Origin: Malacoraja senta
Lineage: Eukaryota
Assembly: GCA_038087875.1 (NCBI GenBank)
Contig: CM075982.1
Span: forward strand, 30,504,001 to 30,568,000
Reading direction: 5' to 3'
Length of the DNA stretch: 64,000 nt
The number at the start of each line of letters is the position of its first letter. The stretch's first letter is position 1. Of this stretch, positions 34,884-46,986 are shown piece after piece. The notes below the pieces were generated by a model. It did no database searches. It saw only the letters and a list, made by a program, of their open reading frames with translations, and was not told the origin of the DNA. Position numbers and translations under genes: made by a program.

Positions 34884-34966
34884 AATCTGGCGTGCACAAT
34901 CAAATAAGATCAAATAGAACAAGTTGTCCTACAACTTTAGGCTGTGCACGCCATACCCAAGTAGAG
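34830..34966 (+). mobile_element. Short non-autonomous retroposon with a 5' HDV-like ribozyme (copy 1)
   Basis: 12-bp TSD aagctatt(t/c)ctt at 34818-34829 and 34967-34978; degenerate (aag)n tail; paralog at 53023-53156. Confidence 0.85.
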
Positions 34967-35167
34967 AAGCTATTCCTTATATTAATTTCTATTTCCAGAA
35001 TATAATTTATTCATAGAAAATATGAACAGGAAATGCAAGGCAATGGAAATAGGGGGGGGGGGGGGGGGAATATATATATATATTTTTCACTTTTTGCATC
35101 TTTCATTCATTTGTACCATATCTCTCTATACTGTCCATATCTCTCGTTTCCCTTTCCACCGACGCTC

Positions 35168-35202
35168 AGTCTGAAGAAGGGTCTCGACCTGAAACGTCAC
35201 CT
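35168..35202 (+). ncRNA. Minimal hammerhead motif in a Penelope-like pLTR
   Basis: agt-CTGAAGA-a-gggtctcgacct-GAAA-cg-TC|-acct. Confidence 0.55.
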
Positions 35203-35826
35203 ATTCCTTTTCTCCAGAGATGCTGCCTGACCCGCTGAGTTGCTTTAACTTTGATGGCCAGTACAGTACAGGGAGGAAGGGTCTGTTTCCATGCTGTGTG
35301 ATAATTAAACATACAATTGATTATTTGCAGAAATGAGCCTCGGACTGCTGGTAATGTTTATATTATATCAAACGTGAAAATATATTGAAAGATACAGCAC
35401 GTATCCTTCAGTCCTTCAAGTCCACTGCAAGCATTGATCATCCGTTCACACTGGTTCCATGTCATCCACTTTCTCATCCACACCCTACACACCATAGGGG
35501 CGATTTACAGAAGCCAATTAACCTACAAACCCACACGTCTTCGGGATGTGGGAGGAAACCGGAGCACCCGGAGGAAACCCAGATGGTCACAGGGAGAACG
35601 TGCAAACTTCCTCACGGACGGTATCAGAGGTCGGGATCGAACCCGGTTCTCTGGCGCTGTGAGGTAGCGGCTCTACCAGCTGTGCCACTCTCCCACCTAT
35701 CTTCTATTTAAAAACCTAGAATCACCTATAGCCCATGGTTACGCCCTGTTTTCCACATTACGATGAACTATGGTGATATGGCTATGCTGTGAAATATTAT
35801 TAGATTGTTCCAATGATGGAGTTCCT

Positions 35827-38800
35827 CTGTCCACCAGTGTGCATACTTGCAGGATTCGTTATGCTCCCCAGACGTCGTCTATGTGGTACACATCCTAAAT
35901 ATTCATGGTCATATTTGTGTCCAGCACTGATGCAACTTGATAGCACAAGGAAAGGCCTGGTGACAATCCAATATCTCTAAAAAAGATGCAGTGTGCTGGT
36001 CGGGCAGCGTCTCTGGAGAACATGGATAGACAACATTTGGGTCGGGACCCTTCCTCAGACTTGGGGCTGATGAAGGTCCCGACCCGAAACTTTCATAAGT
36101 TATATGAGCAGAGTTAGGCCATTCGGCCCATCAAGTCTACCCCGCCATTCAATCATGTCTGATCTATCTTTCCCTCTCAACCCCATTCTCCTGCCTTCTC
36201 CACATAATCTTTGATGCCCTTACTAATCAAACCCCTGTTAATCTCTGCTTTGAAAATACCTAATGAAGGCCTCCACAGCTGTCTGTGGCAATAATTCCAC
36301 AGATTGAACACATTCTGACGAAGAATTCTTCCTCATCTTTCTACAGGTATGTCCTTTTACTCTGAGGTTATGCCCCCTGGTCCTAGACTGTCCCACAAGT
36401 GCAAACATCCTCTCCACATCCATTCTATCAGTACTTTCATTATTCAGTGCCTCTCCCATGTTATCCTGAGTTGCTGTCCGACCGGCTGAGTTACTCCAGC
36501 ACTATGACTCTTCTTTAGGAATCCAATCTTTGCAGTGCCTTGTTTCTATAGCTATTATCTACCTCATTGGTGACCCTCGGACTATCCTTGATCAGACTTT
36601 GCTGGCTTTACCTTGCACTAAGCATTATTCACTTATCATGGATAGGTCAAGTTTGGAGGCAGGTGGGACTGGTGTAGCTGGGACATGTTGTCTGATATGG
36701 GCCAGTTGGGCCGAAGGGTCTGTTTTCACACTGTATCACTCTATGACTATGTATCTATACACTGTAAATGCATTGATTGTAATCATGTATTGTCTGCTAA
36801 CTTGTTAGCACGCAACAAAAACGTTGCATTGTACCATTGTACAAGTGACAATAAACTAAACTGAAACTGAACTATAAACAAATATACCTTCTATGTTAAC
36901 ACTGGTACACAGTTTTTTTTATTATGTTTGCTTATTGAACCTAATAGAGAAATAGATACAAAACAATAACGTCAGCAAATGTTGTTTGAGGTTTAAAAAA
37001 GTAATGGGCATTTTTTCAGTGCAATAAATACTTGATGCTCAATAAATGCTATTAGTAGTTCTGGACAATGTACAAACGTTTGGAGCTTATAGACATGATA
37101 ATAATATCTAACATCAACAGCAGCTTATTTTTCAACAAGGCAAAGACATTGAAATGAATCACAGGGATAGTGGCAGGCCAATTCTTAGATTTCATGTGAA
37201 ATGCTTCCTCCCATTCTGATAAGAATGTCACATTTGGAATGCTGGGCAGATACATTTTATAACTCCATCCAGATGTGTATGAGGCATATAGGGGGGTTGC
37301 ACGTAAGGTCACTGGGTCATAGGGCTTGACGCACTGAGTCGCTCAATCCATCTGGAGGACATCCGTAACTTCCGGAATATGTTATTAATGCAAGAAACGC
37401 ACTTTACTACCTGTTAAAAACCGCCAAAATGTTGAATTTTTGCGCTGTAAAAAATTGTGGAATTCGGGGTAAGTGTGAGAGACATGTACCCAACTTCAGA
37501 ATTCCAAAAGTGAAGCGAAATGAAGGTAAAGAGAAGCGAGAGCTGAAGGGACAACAGCAGCTAAAGTGCTTGGCGAACATTGGCCGTGCAGATTTCGGAA
37601 TTGAAAATATTGGGAATTATCGCGTTTGCTCACTGTATTTCATCAACAGTAAGGCATTATTTGGGGGTTTTCTTGATTCCTTTGGTAAATAAAAACTCAG
37701 AAGTGATAAATCTGGTTGTAAATTTTGCTTCAGAGGCATTTTCTTTTTGTATGTAAAAACCCACTTGAGAACCAGGGGCGAGTTTTAAATTTTACAGCCA
37801 GATTTATCCCTTCTGAAACTTTTTAGATGCCAAAGGAATCAAGAAAAAACACAAATAATGCCTTAGTTGATGAAATGCAGTGAGCAAACGGCCAATGTTC
37901 GCCAAGCACTTTGGCTGTTGTTGTCCCTTCAGCTCTCGCTTCTATCTACCGTCATTTCTCCTCACTTTTTTAATTCTGAAGTAGGCTAAATGTCTCTCAC
38001 GCTTATCCCGATTTCCATAATTATTTACAGCGCAAAATTTGACAATTTCGGCGGGTTTTAACGGGCCCGCTACGCTGGAAACAATGGTAAGTGCTTACCT
38101 GCAGTTCATCGCATGTAATCCATTTGGTGTAGCGTAGCGAAAGTACGGGTCATGGGTCGTGACCCGACTGCCGTGAAACCTCCCTATAGTAAATAATGAG
38201 AATCTTTTCACCTTAGCAAAGGCATCTATACCTAGGTAAGGAGACGATTTGGAGTGGACCTTTTAATCTGAAATGCATTGTTCAGTTTAGTTTAGAAACA
38301 GCACGGAAACAGGCCCTTTAATTTAGATACAGCGCGGAAACTGAGTCCGCACGGACCAGCGACCCCTGCACATTAACACTACCCTTCATACGAGGGACAT
38401 TTTAAAAAACATTTATACCAAGCCAATTAACCTACAAACCTGTACGTCTTTGGAGAGTGGGAGGAACATATAAAACTATAAAAGGACTGGACAAGCTAGA
38501 TGCAGGAAAAATGTTCCCAATGTTGGGCGAGTCCAGAACCAGGGGCCACAGTCTTAGAATAAAGGGGAGACCAGAGGTGAGAAAAAACTTTTTCACCCAG
38601 AGAGTTGTGAATTTGTGGAATTCCCTGCCACAGAGGGCAGTGGAGGCCAAATCACTGGATGGATTTAAGAGAGTTAGAGCTCTAGGGGCTAGTGGAATCA
38701 AGGGATATGGGGAGAAGGCAGGCATGGGTTTTATTGATTGGGGATGATCAGCCATGATCACAATGAATGGCGGTGCTGGCTCGAAGGGCCGAATGGCCTC

Positions 38801-39193
38801 CTCCTGCACCTATTTTCTATGTTGCTATGTTTCTATGAAACCAAAGATCTTGGGGAAAAAACCCACGCAGGTCACAGGGAGAACGTACAAACTCTGTACG
38901 GACAAGCACCCGTAGTCAGGATCGAACCCGAGTCTCTGGCGCTGTAAGGCAGTAGTTCTGCTGCTGGATCACTCATGTCCCGAAAGGTTTTTAAGGAAAC
39001 AGGTATGCTTTGTCTAAATGCACTACTTACATTCAGTTAAATACAAACGGCGTTTCACAACACAATAATAAGTGCAGTTAACAACTTTAGTAGAATTTGG
39101 TTGTGAAGTATGCCACTAAGTATGCCAGTTATTTTCGTTTCCACATCAACGATAAATCATCACAAAAATATCTAGTACAGGTCCATCATTGAC
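35827..39193. repeat. Older segmental duplication, copy A (with extra TE insertions)
   Basis: Colinear with 47247-49407 from ctgtccacc to ccatcattgac; noticeably more diverged than the 13-kb pair. Confidence 0.9.
37290..38185 (-). mobile_element. Non-autonomous ISL2EU-type transposon, inverted relative to 32590-33445
   Basis: AT TSD (37288-37289 and 38186-38187); THAP ORF 37429..37692 (MLNFCAVKNCG...YRVCSLYF); the empty site is visible in copy B near 48721. Confidence 0.8.
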
Positions 39194-39214
39194 TTTGCAG
39201 CAACTGTGTTCCGG

Positions 39215-39465
39215 GCAGCACAGTGGCACAGTGGTAGTTGCTGACTTACAGCCCCACAAACCCAGGTTTGATCCTAACTGCGGGTGCTATCAGCATGGAG
39301 TTTACATGTTTTCTCTGTGATCTCATGGGCTTTCCCCTCGTTCCCCCGTTTCCTCCCACATTCCAAAGAATGAGAGTTTGTAGGGTAATTGGCCTCTGCA
39401 AATTGTTCCTAGTGTCTGTAGGATAGAACTAGTGTATGGGCGATCGTTGGTCGGCGCGGACTCAG
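39215..39465 (+). mobile_element. HE1-like V-SINE split by the Gypsy insertion (continues at 47191-47245)
   Basis: gcggactcag|...|ctcagtgggccgaagggcc rejoins into the normal SINE tail. Confidence 0.88.
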
Positions 39466-39669
39466 TGTAAAGAAGCTTTAACAAGACATCGTTACTTTAC
39501 TATCTTTATTCATACTGGAGCATTACATATTGCACTAGCTGTACGTGGTCTGTCACAGGAACTAGAGAGCGATCTGTCGGTGGGGAGGTTGTAGTTATAC
39601 TTGTGATATGGGGAGTGGTTAGTAGGTATGAGGTCACTATGTTAAAGGCACATGCATATATCATCTACA
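39466..39669 (-). repeat. Gypsy 3' LTR
   Basis: 204 bp, 2 mismatches to 46987-47190; preceded on the minus strand by the PPT aaggggaagga (39670-39680). Confidence 0.95.
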
Positions 39670-39722
39670 TCCTTCCCCTTCGAAACGACAGGCAAATACA
39701 ATAGTGACAGGGCAACCACGGC

Positions 39723-40403
39723 TCATGCGCTAGGACAGTTAAACAAAATCGCCATAGCGGACAGGCGGTTTGACAAGACGTCCCGACCGGGTTCGCATCT
39801 CGCCATCCTCCCTTCCGGCAGGAAGAAGAGGCACCGATGGGGGCAGAGGCGCGGCAGCAGGTGGCAGGACCTGTCATGGGAACGCTTTTGGACATCGTGC
39901 CTGAAGGCAATGCGTTTCTGAACCGCCGCAGGCGTGAGGACAGAGGGTATGAGGGAGCGCTGGGCCACAGGGAGAGGGAGTCTGGTAGCGCGAGACATGA
40001 GCCGCTGAGCAGGGGAACCCATGGCAGAGTCGCGGGAAATGTTGCGGAGGTTGAGGAGGGCCAGATAGAAATCGGAGTTAATGCCACCACATTGTTCCAG
40101 CAGGTTCTTCGCACTGCGGACGGCACGCTCGGCCAGACCGTTGCTTTGCGGGTACTCCGGGCTGCTGGTGAAATGGTGGAAGTTCCACCTGGAAGCGAAA
40201 GCTTTAAACTCGGAGCTCGTAAACTGGCTGCCATTGTCCGACTGCAGGCTTGCCGGGGGGCCAAAAGTGCCAAAATGAGGGTATAACCTGTCGATGATGG
40301 CCGAAGAGGTTAGGGAGTGCAGCCGGTCGACCACAAACCAGCTGGAGTAGGAGTCAACGAGAACCAGGAAGTGTTTGCCTCACCACTCGAAAATGTCGAT
40401 GGC
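39723..40403 (-). pseudogene. Gypsy integrase core
   Basis: AIDIFEW...LQSDNGSQF...SSPEYPQSNGLAERAV contains the D,D,E residues. Confidence 0.92.
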
Positions 40404-43400
40404 AAGTCAAGTCAAGTCAAGTCAAGTGAGTTTATTGTCATGTGTCCCTGGTAGGACAATGAAATTCTTGCTTTGCTTGAGCACAACAGAACATAGTAGG
40501 CATTTACTACAAGGCATTCTATAAATATATACACAATGGTCAATATACTGATAAAGTGCAAATAACAGTATTGGCTAGTAAAGTTCAGTGTTATGTCCGA
40601 GCCAGGTTTAATAGCCTGATGGCTGTGGGGAAGTAGCTGTTCCTGAACCTGGTCGTTGCAGTCTTCAGGCTCCTGTACCTTCTACCTGAAGGTAGTAGGG
40701 AGATGAGTGTGTGGCCAGGATGGTGTGGGTCCTTGATGATGCTGCCAGCCTTTTTGAGGCAGCGACTGTGGTAGATCCCCTCGATGGAAGGGAGGTCAGA
40801 GCCGATGATGGACTGGGCAGTGTTTACTACTTTTTTGTAGTCTTTTCCTCTCCAGGGCACTCAAGTTGCCGAACCAAGCCACGATGCAACCGGTCAGCAT
40901 GCTCTCTACTGTGCACCTGTAGAAGTTAGAGAGAGTCCTCCTTGACAAACCGACTCTCCGTAATCTTCTCAGGAAGTAGAGGCGCTGATGTGCTTTCTTA
41001 ATAATGGCATCATTGTTCTCGGACCAGGAAAGATCTTCAGAGATGTGCACGCCCAGGAATTTGAAGCTCTTGACCCTTTCAACCATCGTCCCGTTGATAT
41101 AAATGGGACTGTGGGTCCCCATCCTACTCCTTCCAAAGTCCACAATCAGTTCCTTGGTTTTGCTGGTGGTTGAGGGCCAGGTTGTTGTGCTGGCACCATA
41201 TGGACAGTTGCTCGATCTCTCTTCTATACTCTGACTCATCCCCATCAGTGATACGTCCCACAACAGTGGTGTCATCAGCGAACTTGATGATGGCGTTCGC
41301 ACTATGTCTGGCTACGCAGTCATGAGTATAGAGTGAGTACAGCAGGGGACTGAGCACGCAGCCTTGAGGTGCTCCCGTGCTAATTGTTATCGAGTCTGAC
41401 ACATTTCCACCAATACGAACAGACTGTGGTCTGAGTGTGAGGAAGTCGAGGATCCAATTGCAGAGGGATGCGCAGAGACCCAGTTCTGCGAGTTTGGTAA
41501 CCAGCTTGGAGGGGATGATTGTGTTAAATGCCGAGCTGTAATCGATGAATAACAGCCTGACATATGAGTTTTTGTTGTCCAAGTGGTCCAGAGCGGAGTG
41601 GAGGGCCAGCGAGATCGCATCCACCGTTGATCTGTTGTGGCGGTAAGCGAACTGCAGTGGGTCCAGGTTTTTGTCGAGGTAGGAGTTGATCTGCGTCATG
41701 ATCAACCTCTCAAAGCACTTCATCACCACAGGCGTTAGTGCCACAGGTCGATAGTCATTGAGGCACGTCACCTTACTCTTCTTGGGCACTGGTATAATTG
41801 ATGCCCTTTTGAAGCAGGTGGGGACCTCAGACCTCAGAAGTGAGAGGTTGAAAATGTCCGTAAAAACTCCAGCCAGTTGGTCCGCACAGGTTTTAGAACG
41901 CGACCAGGTATACCATCAGGTCCAGGCGCTTTTCGAGGGTTCACCCCTCTGAAGGATTTCCTGACGTCGGCCTCTGTGACTGAGACTGAAATACCATCAC
42001 AGCGAATGGGGGCTCGGCAAGGCACATCGGTGTTCTCCCTATCAAAGCGTGCGTAAAACGCATTGAGCTCATCAGGGAGTGATGTTTCGCCGACATTCGA
42101 GCTGCCTCCTGATTTCGACTTGTAAGAGGTGATTGCATTCAGGCCCTGCCACAGCCTCCGAACATCTGTCTCTTCCTCCAGTTTGGAGCAGAAGTCCCTT
42201 TTGGCCTTTTTTATGGCCTTACCAAGGTCATATCTGGACTCCTTGTAGGCCACTGTATCATCAGACATGAATGCCCGGTGTCTGGACTTCAGAAGAGTGC
42301 GGATCTCAAAGTTCATCCAAGGTTTCTGATTGGGAAACGCTCGGAAGGTTTTGGTGGGGATGCAGTCCTCCACACACTTCTTAATGAAGTCTGTAACGAC
42401 TGTGGCGTATTCGTTCAGGTCCGTTGCCGAGTCCTTGAACATTGCCCAGTCTACAGACTCCAAACAGTCCTGGAGTTGTTCCTCTGCCCCCCCCGACCAG
42501 CTCTGTACTGTCCTCACCTCTGGGGGTGCACTCTTTAATTGCTGCCTGTAGGCAGGAAGAAGCAGCACCGCGGTATGGTCGGATTTACCGAAGTGAGGGC
42601 GAGGGATAGAGCGATAGGCATTCTTGATGGTGGTGTAGCAGTGGTCGAGGGTGTTTGGTCCTCTGGTGCAGCAGGAGACATGTTGGTGGAAGTTAGGGAG
42701 TGATTTCTTTAGGTTTGCCTTATTGAAGTCCCCGGCTATGGTGGTAAACGCCTCGGGGTAAGACGTCTGGTGTTTGTTGACCATGGCGTGCAGCTCCCCC
42801 AGTGCCAGACGGACGTCTGCCTGGGGTGGGATGTAGACCGCGGTCAGGATGATGGAGGTGAATTCCCTCGGAAGGTAGAAGGGACGACACTTCACCGCCA
42901 GATGTTCGAGGTGTGGAGAGCAGGAGTTGGACAGGACTGCCACGTCTGAGCACCACGCAGAGTTGACCATGAGGCAGACGCCCCCTCCTCTCCCTTTCCC
43001 AGATGCCAGTGTACGGTCCATACGATGGATGGAGAACCCTTCAGGCTGGACCGCTGAATCTGGGGAGCTGGGGGTGAGCCATGTCTCTGTGAAACAGAAC
43101 ACAGAGCATTCCCTCAGCTCCCTTTGATAAAGCAGTCTTGCCCTTAAGTCCTCCACTTTATTTTCAAGGGACTGTACGTTGGCCAGTAGGATAGTAGGGA
43201 GAGGGGGCCGAAGTCCCCTGCGCTTCAGTCTGACCTGAAGTCCTGCCCGTCGGCCACGTTTCCGGACACAATGGAGACTTCCCCTTTGTTTCCAGGTGCT
43301 GAGTTTCCTGTACCTGCTGTTTCTGCGGACCTGCGCTGGAACGGGGATTCCTTCACAGACGGCAGCTCCAGCTCCGTAACGAACGGGGGTACCTTCAAAG

Positions 43401-43722
43401 TCGGCAGCTCCAGCTCCGTTGTTCCTGGGAGATCCGGCCCGTGGGCTCTGCAGGTCATCCCGGGGTTCCCAGGTACAGGACCTGGGATCCTCAATCTGGT
43501 CGGGAGTTCTGCAGCCAGCGTGGGAAAGTTTAAAGTCCAGGGCTCCCGCAGCTGCGGGAGATCGCGAAATTGCCAGCGCTTTCAGCTTGTCTGAAACGGC
43601 ACCGATTACTGCCGTTTCCCTGATGCAGGTGAGTTGATAGAAGTTGTAGGTGAACCTTTTCTGTTCTGGTGCTCCGCAAAAGTCGCCGCAGGCAGGCGCC
43701 ATCTTGGGTTGCCCTGGACGGT
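40404..43722 (-). mobile_element. Full-length Rex1/Babar-clade LINE (APE and RT) with three 1-nt frameshifts
   Basis: LANVQSL...FTETWL...AGDFN (APE); [10 protein letters not shown]...LDPLQFAY...[11 protein letters not shown]...KFADDTT (RT); 5' caagATGgcg; (ACTTG)5 tail at 40403-40427. Confidence 0.93.
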
Positions 43723-45346
43723 AACCGCCATCCAGGGCAGTTCGGGCGCGGGCTGCTGCAGAAGCGGCTGGCGCTGCTGGTGGGGGGCGAGTCTGTTGCA
43801 GGTGGAACACGAGGAGACCCTCTCCCGGATGTATTTGGCCATACCCGGCCAATAGAACTGGCTCCGGGCGAGAGACACGGTGGCATCGGCCCCAGGATGT
43901 CCGCGGTGAGCGACCTGAAAATAGTGGTCGTGCAGCGCAGCGGGCACGACCACCTTGTGACCCTTCACCACCACGCCGTCGTGTAGTACGAGCTCATCAC
44001 GGACCAGGAAGTAGGGCACGGCGCCAGCCGGCAGCGCGGAACGACGGTCGGGCCAGCCCCGCTGGATGACGGCAGAAAGCTGTTGCAGGGCAGGGTCATT
44101 GGTAGTGTGTTCAACCAGGGACTTCATCTGCTGTGAAGGGACGATGTTCACTTGGAGCACCATTAGATCAGACATCTCATAGGGGTGGCGAACGGTGGAC
44201 GTTAGCGGGGCGCGAGACAACGTGTCGGCCACGAACATGTCCTTGCCCTTACGATAAACCACATTGAACGTGAAGCGTTGGAGCTGCAGCATCATGCGCT
44301 GCAGGCGTGATGAGGCGGCATGGATCGACTTGCTGAGAATGGTGACAAGCGGCTGGTGGTCAGTTTCAATAGTGAAAGTGTTGCCCAGGATGTAGTCTTT
44401 GAATTTGGAGCAGGCAAACAGCACGCCCAGTAGCTCCTTCTCGATCTGCGCGTAGTGCTGTTCAGTGGAGGTCATGGTGCGGGATGCGAAGGAGACAGGC
44501 AGCTGTAGGCCGTCATGGACCTGGAGACAGGCGGCACCGAGTCCGAACTGAGAGGCGTCGCAGGTGAGGACAATGGGACGCTGCAGGTCAAAAAACTTGA
44601 GTGTGGGGGTGCTGATTAGCTTGGATTTAAGGATGTCGAATGCTTCCTGGTGGTGGGGGAACCAAGCCCAGGACGTGTCCTTTTTTATCAAATCCCTCAG
44701 GGGAGCGCTGAGCTCGCTGAGGTCGGGGATGAACTTCCCCAGGTAGTTTACCATGCCCAGGAAGCGTTGTAGGCCTGCCACATTAGTAGGAGGAGGCATC
44801 CCGGAAATGGCAGCCGTTTTCTGCGGGTCTGGTTTTAACCCCTCGGCGGTGAATACATGTCCAACATAGGTGACCTCCGGGACGCGAAATCGGCACTTCT
44901 TGAGGTTCAGTTTCAAGTTGATTTCCCGGGCCCGGAGGTTGACATCGTGTTCGGCAACGTCCTTACCGTAAACGAGGATGTCGTCAACGATGATGGCGCG
45001 TGGTCGATCTGAAAACAGCTGCTCCATTGTCCGTTGGAATACCTCGCTGGCAGAGTTGATTCCGAATGGCATTCGGAGAAACCGAAATCTGCCGAATGGG
45101 GTGGCAAAAGTTGTCAAAATGGACGACTGCTCGTCAAGTGGTATTTGCCAGAAGGAGCTTTTGGCATCGAGGACAGAAAAAACCGTTGCCGGACCAACCT
45201 GTGCAGCGACTTCTTCTACCGTTCTCATAGGGTAGTGCGGGCGTCTAATGGCCAGGTTGAGGTCTTTGGGGTTGATGCAGATGCGTATCTCGCTCTTGTC
45301 CTTTTTCGCGGCAACAACCATGGTAGAGACCCACCTGGGGGGGTCG
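43723..45346 (-). pseudogene. Gypsy RT, RNase H and integrase zinc-finger region
   Basis: WVSTMVV...RICINPKDLN...LDAKSSFWQ...RMPFGI...IVDDILVYG; CDASQFGLG...YAQIEKELL...TDHQPL; HRGHPG...CSTC. Confidence 0.95.
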
Positions 45347-45358
45347 ATGACCACCTTT

Positions 45359-46818
45359 TATTTATTTATTTATTTTAAATTTTATTAGAAGTAAGTACAA
45401 TTGTATACAATCATATTTTCATAATACCTTTCATGTACAGCTTCTTATTTTAAAAAAATTTTGAAATAAAGAAGAAAAAGAAAAAAAGTTAGATAATGAA
45501 AAATAGAAAAATGTGAGATATATAGTGTGTGAAAAAGAAAAATAAAGAATGAAATAAGAAAGTTGAGACATGGAAAATAGAAAAGAGAGAATAAAAGAAA
45601 AGATGAGAAGAAAAGAAAATAGAAGGAGATCATTTATAATCTTGACCATCCGCAGTCACGGATTAGCTTTTACACCTGTTTTGCACCATACGTTTCCAAA
45701 AAGACGACAAATGGAGACCAACTCGTTATGAATTGGTCAAATTTATCTATTAGGAGGAATCGCATTTCCTCAAGATGTGCGGTATCCAACATACTTGCAA
45801 TCCACATTTTGAGCGTTGGTATTGGTGTATTTTTCCAAAATTTCAATAATAATTTTTTTGCTATTATTAAACCATAATTAAAAATTGACTTTTCCCATGT
45901 AGCCTTCGTAATTTTTATCAATAATTCCCGTTCCCACTCTTCTCTAATTACCTCGGTCACAGGTAAATCTATATTTAAGATACTATTATATAAATATGCT
46001 ATTAATTTTTGTGTATCAGCTTTTATATTCATTACTTCTTCTAGTAAATCAGGAGTTATTTTTTGATATCCCTGTATGTATGTCTTCAAAAAATTACAAA
46101 TCTGAAAATATTTAAAATAATGAGTGTTTTTCAGTTTACATTTTAATTGTAATTGTTGAAATGATAATAAAGCTCCCATTTCATACATATCCCCGATCCT
46201 TTTAATTCCTAAACTTTCCCATTGATTATATATTTTATCCATCATAGATGGTTTAAATAAAGGATTATTCGCTATCGGTGTTAACAATGATAGGTTTCTT
46301 AATTTTAAGGATAGTTTTATTTGTTTCCATATTCTTATTGTTTCTTGTATAATTGGGTTTTTCTTATATATTGTATTGTTCATTTTTTTAACAATCCTCT
46401 TTCTCCATTTTTATCCATTCTGTCTGTTGAGTTGAACTATCCAACCAGTAAATTATATTCTTAATATGTATTGCCCAATAGTAATACAAAAAATTAGGGA
46501 GTGAAAGTCCCCCGACATCTTTTGGTTTACATAAGTGTTCTTTTTTAATTCCATGTGATTTGTAATCCCAAACAAAATTAGTAATATTAGCGTTCAGTTT
46601 AGAAAAAAAATATTTTGGTACATATACTGGTATAGATTGAAATAAGTATAATAACTGTGGTAAGAAGCTCATTTTAATAGCATTTATTCTGCCTATTAAT
46701 GATAAAGGGAGTGTTTTCCAAAATTTTATCATTATATTAAGTTTATTTATTAAGGGTATAAAATTAGCATTGAATAAAGCTTTATGTTTTCTAGTAATCT
46801 GTATACCCAGATATTTGA
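45359..46818 (-). mobile_element. 5'-truncated L1-clade LINE
   Basis: FKYLGIQ...LPLSLIGRINAIKM...GGLSLPNF.YYYWA; (aaat)n tail; 12-bp TSD atgacc(a/g)ccttt at 45347-45358 and 46819-46830. Confidence 0.9.
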
Positions 46819-46954
46819 ATGACCGCCTTTAGGATGCCCATTTTTACCATACTGTGTAGTGTCGACTCCACTTTGGCCTTCATGGCAAAGGAGACACGGT
46901 GAGTTCGATTGACCACTGGATCGACCTTACGGTCCACTACAATCTTGTAGCTGC

Positions 46955-46986
46955 AGGCGTGGGTTCGTATCCCACTTCTGACACCA
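46955..46986 (-). other. tRNA-Leu primer-binding site extended to 32 nt
   Basis: Plus strand aggcgtgggttcgtatcccacttctgacacca matches the 3' end of vertebrate tRNA-Leu(CAA/CAG) including CCA; the canonical 18-nt PBS is 46969-46986. Confidence 0.9.

Noticed and set aside
37052-37312. ORF kept open in both copies of the older duplication
   Set aside because: The substitutions between copies include many amino-acid changes (S/R, V/E, F/V, T/S); no sign of purifying selection or of a known domain.
41834-43852. 672-aa Gypsy-LINE fusion protein
   Set aside because: The first ~50 residues are Gypsy pol read out of frame across the insertion junction; the LINE ORF plausibly starts at 43702.
46955-46986. 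tRNA-Leu gene
   Set aside because: Only the 3' 32 nt are present, including the post-transcriptional CCA, so it is a reverse-transcribed primer copy. SINE heads elsewhere were likewise not called as tRNA genes.
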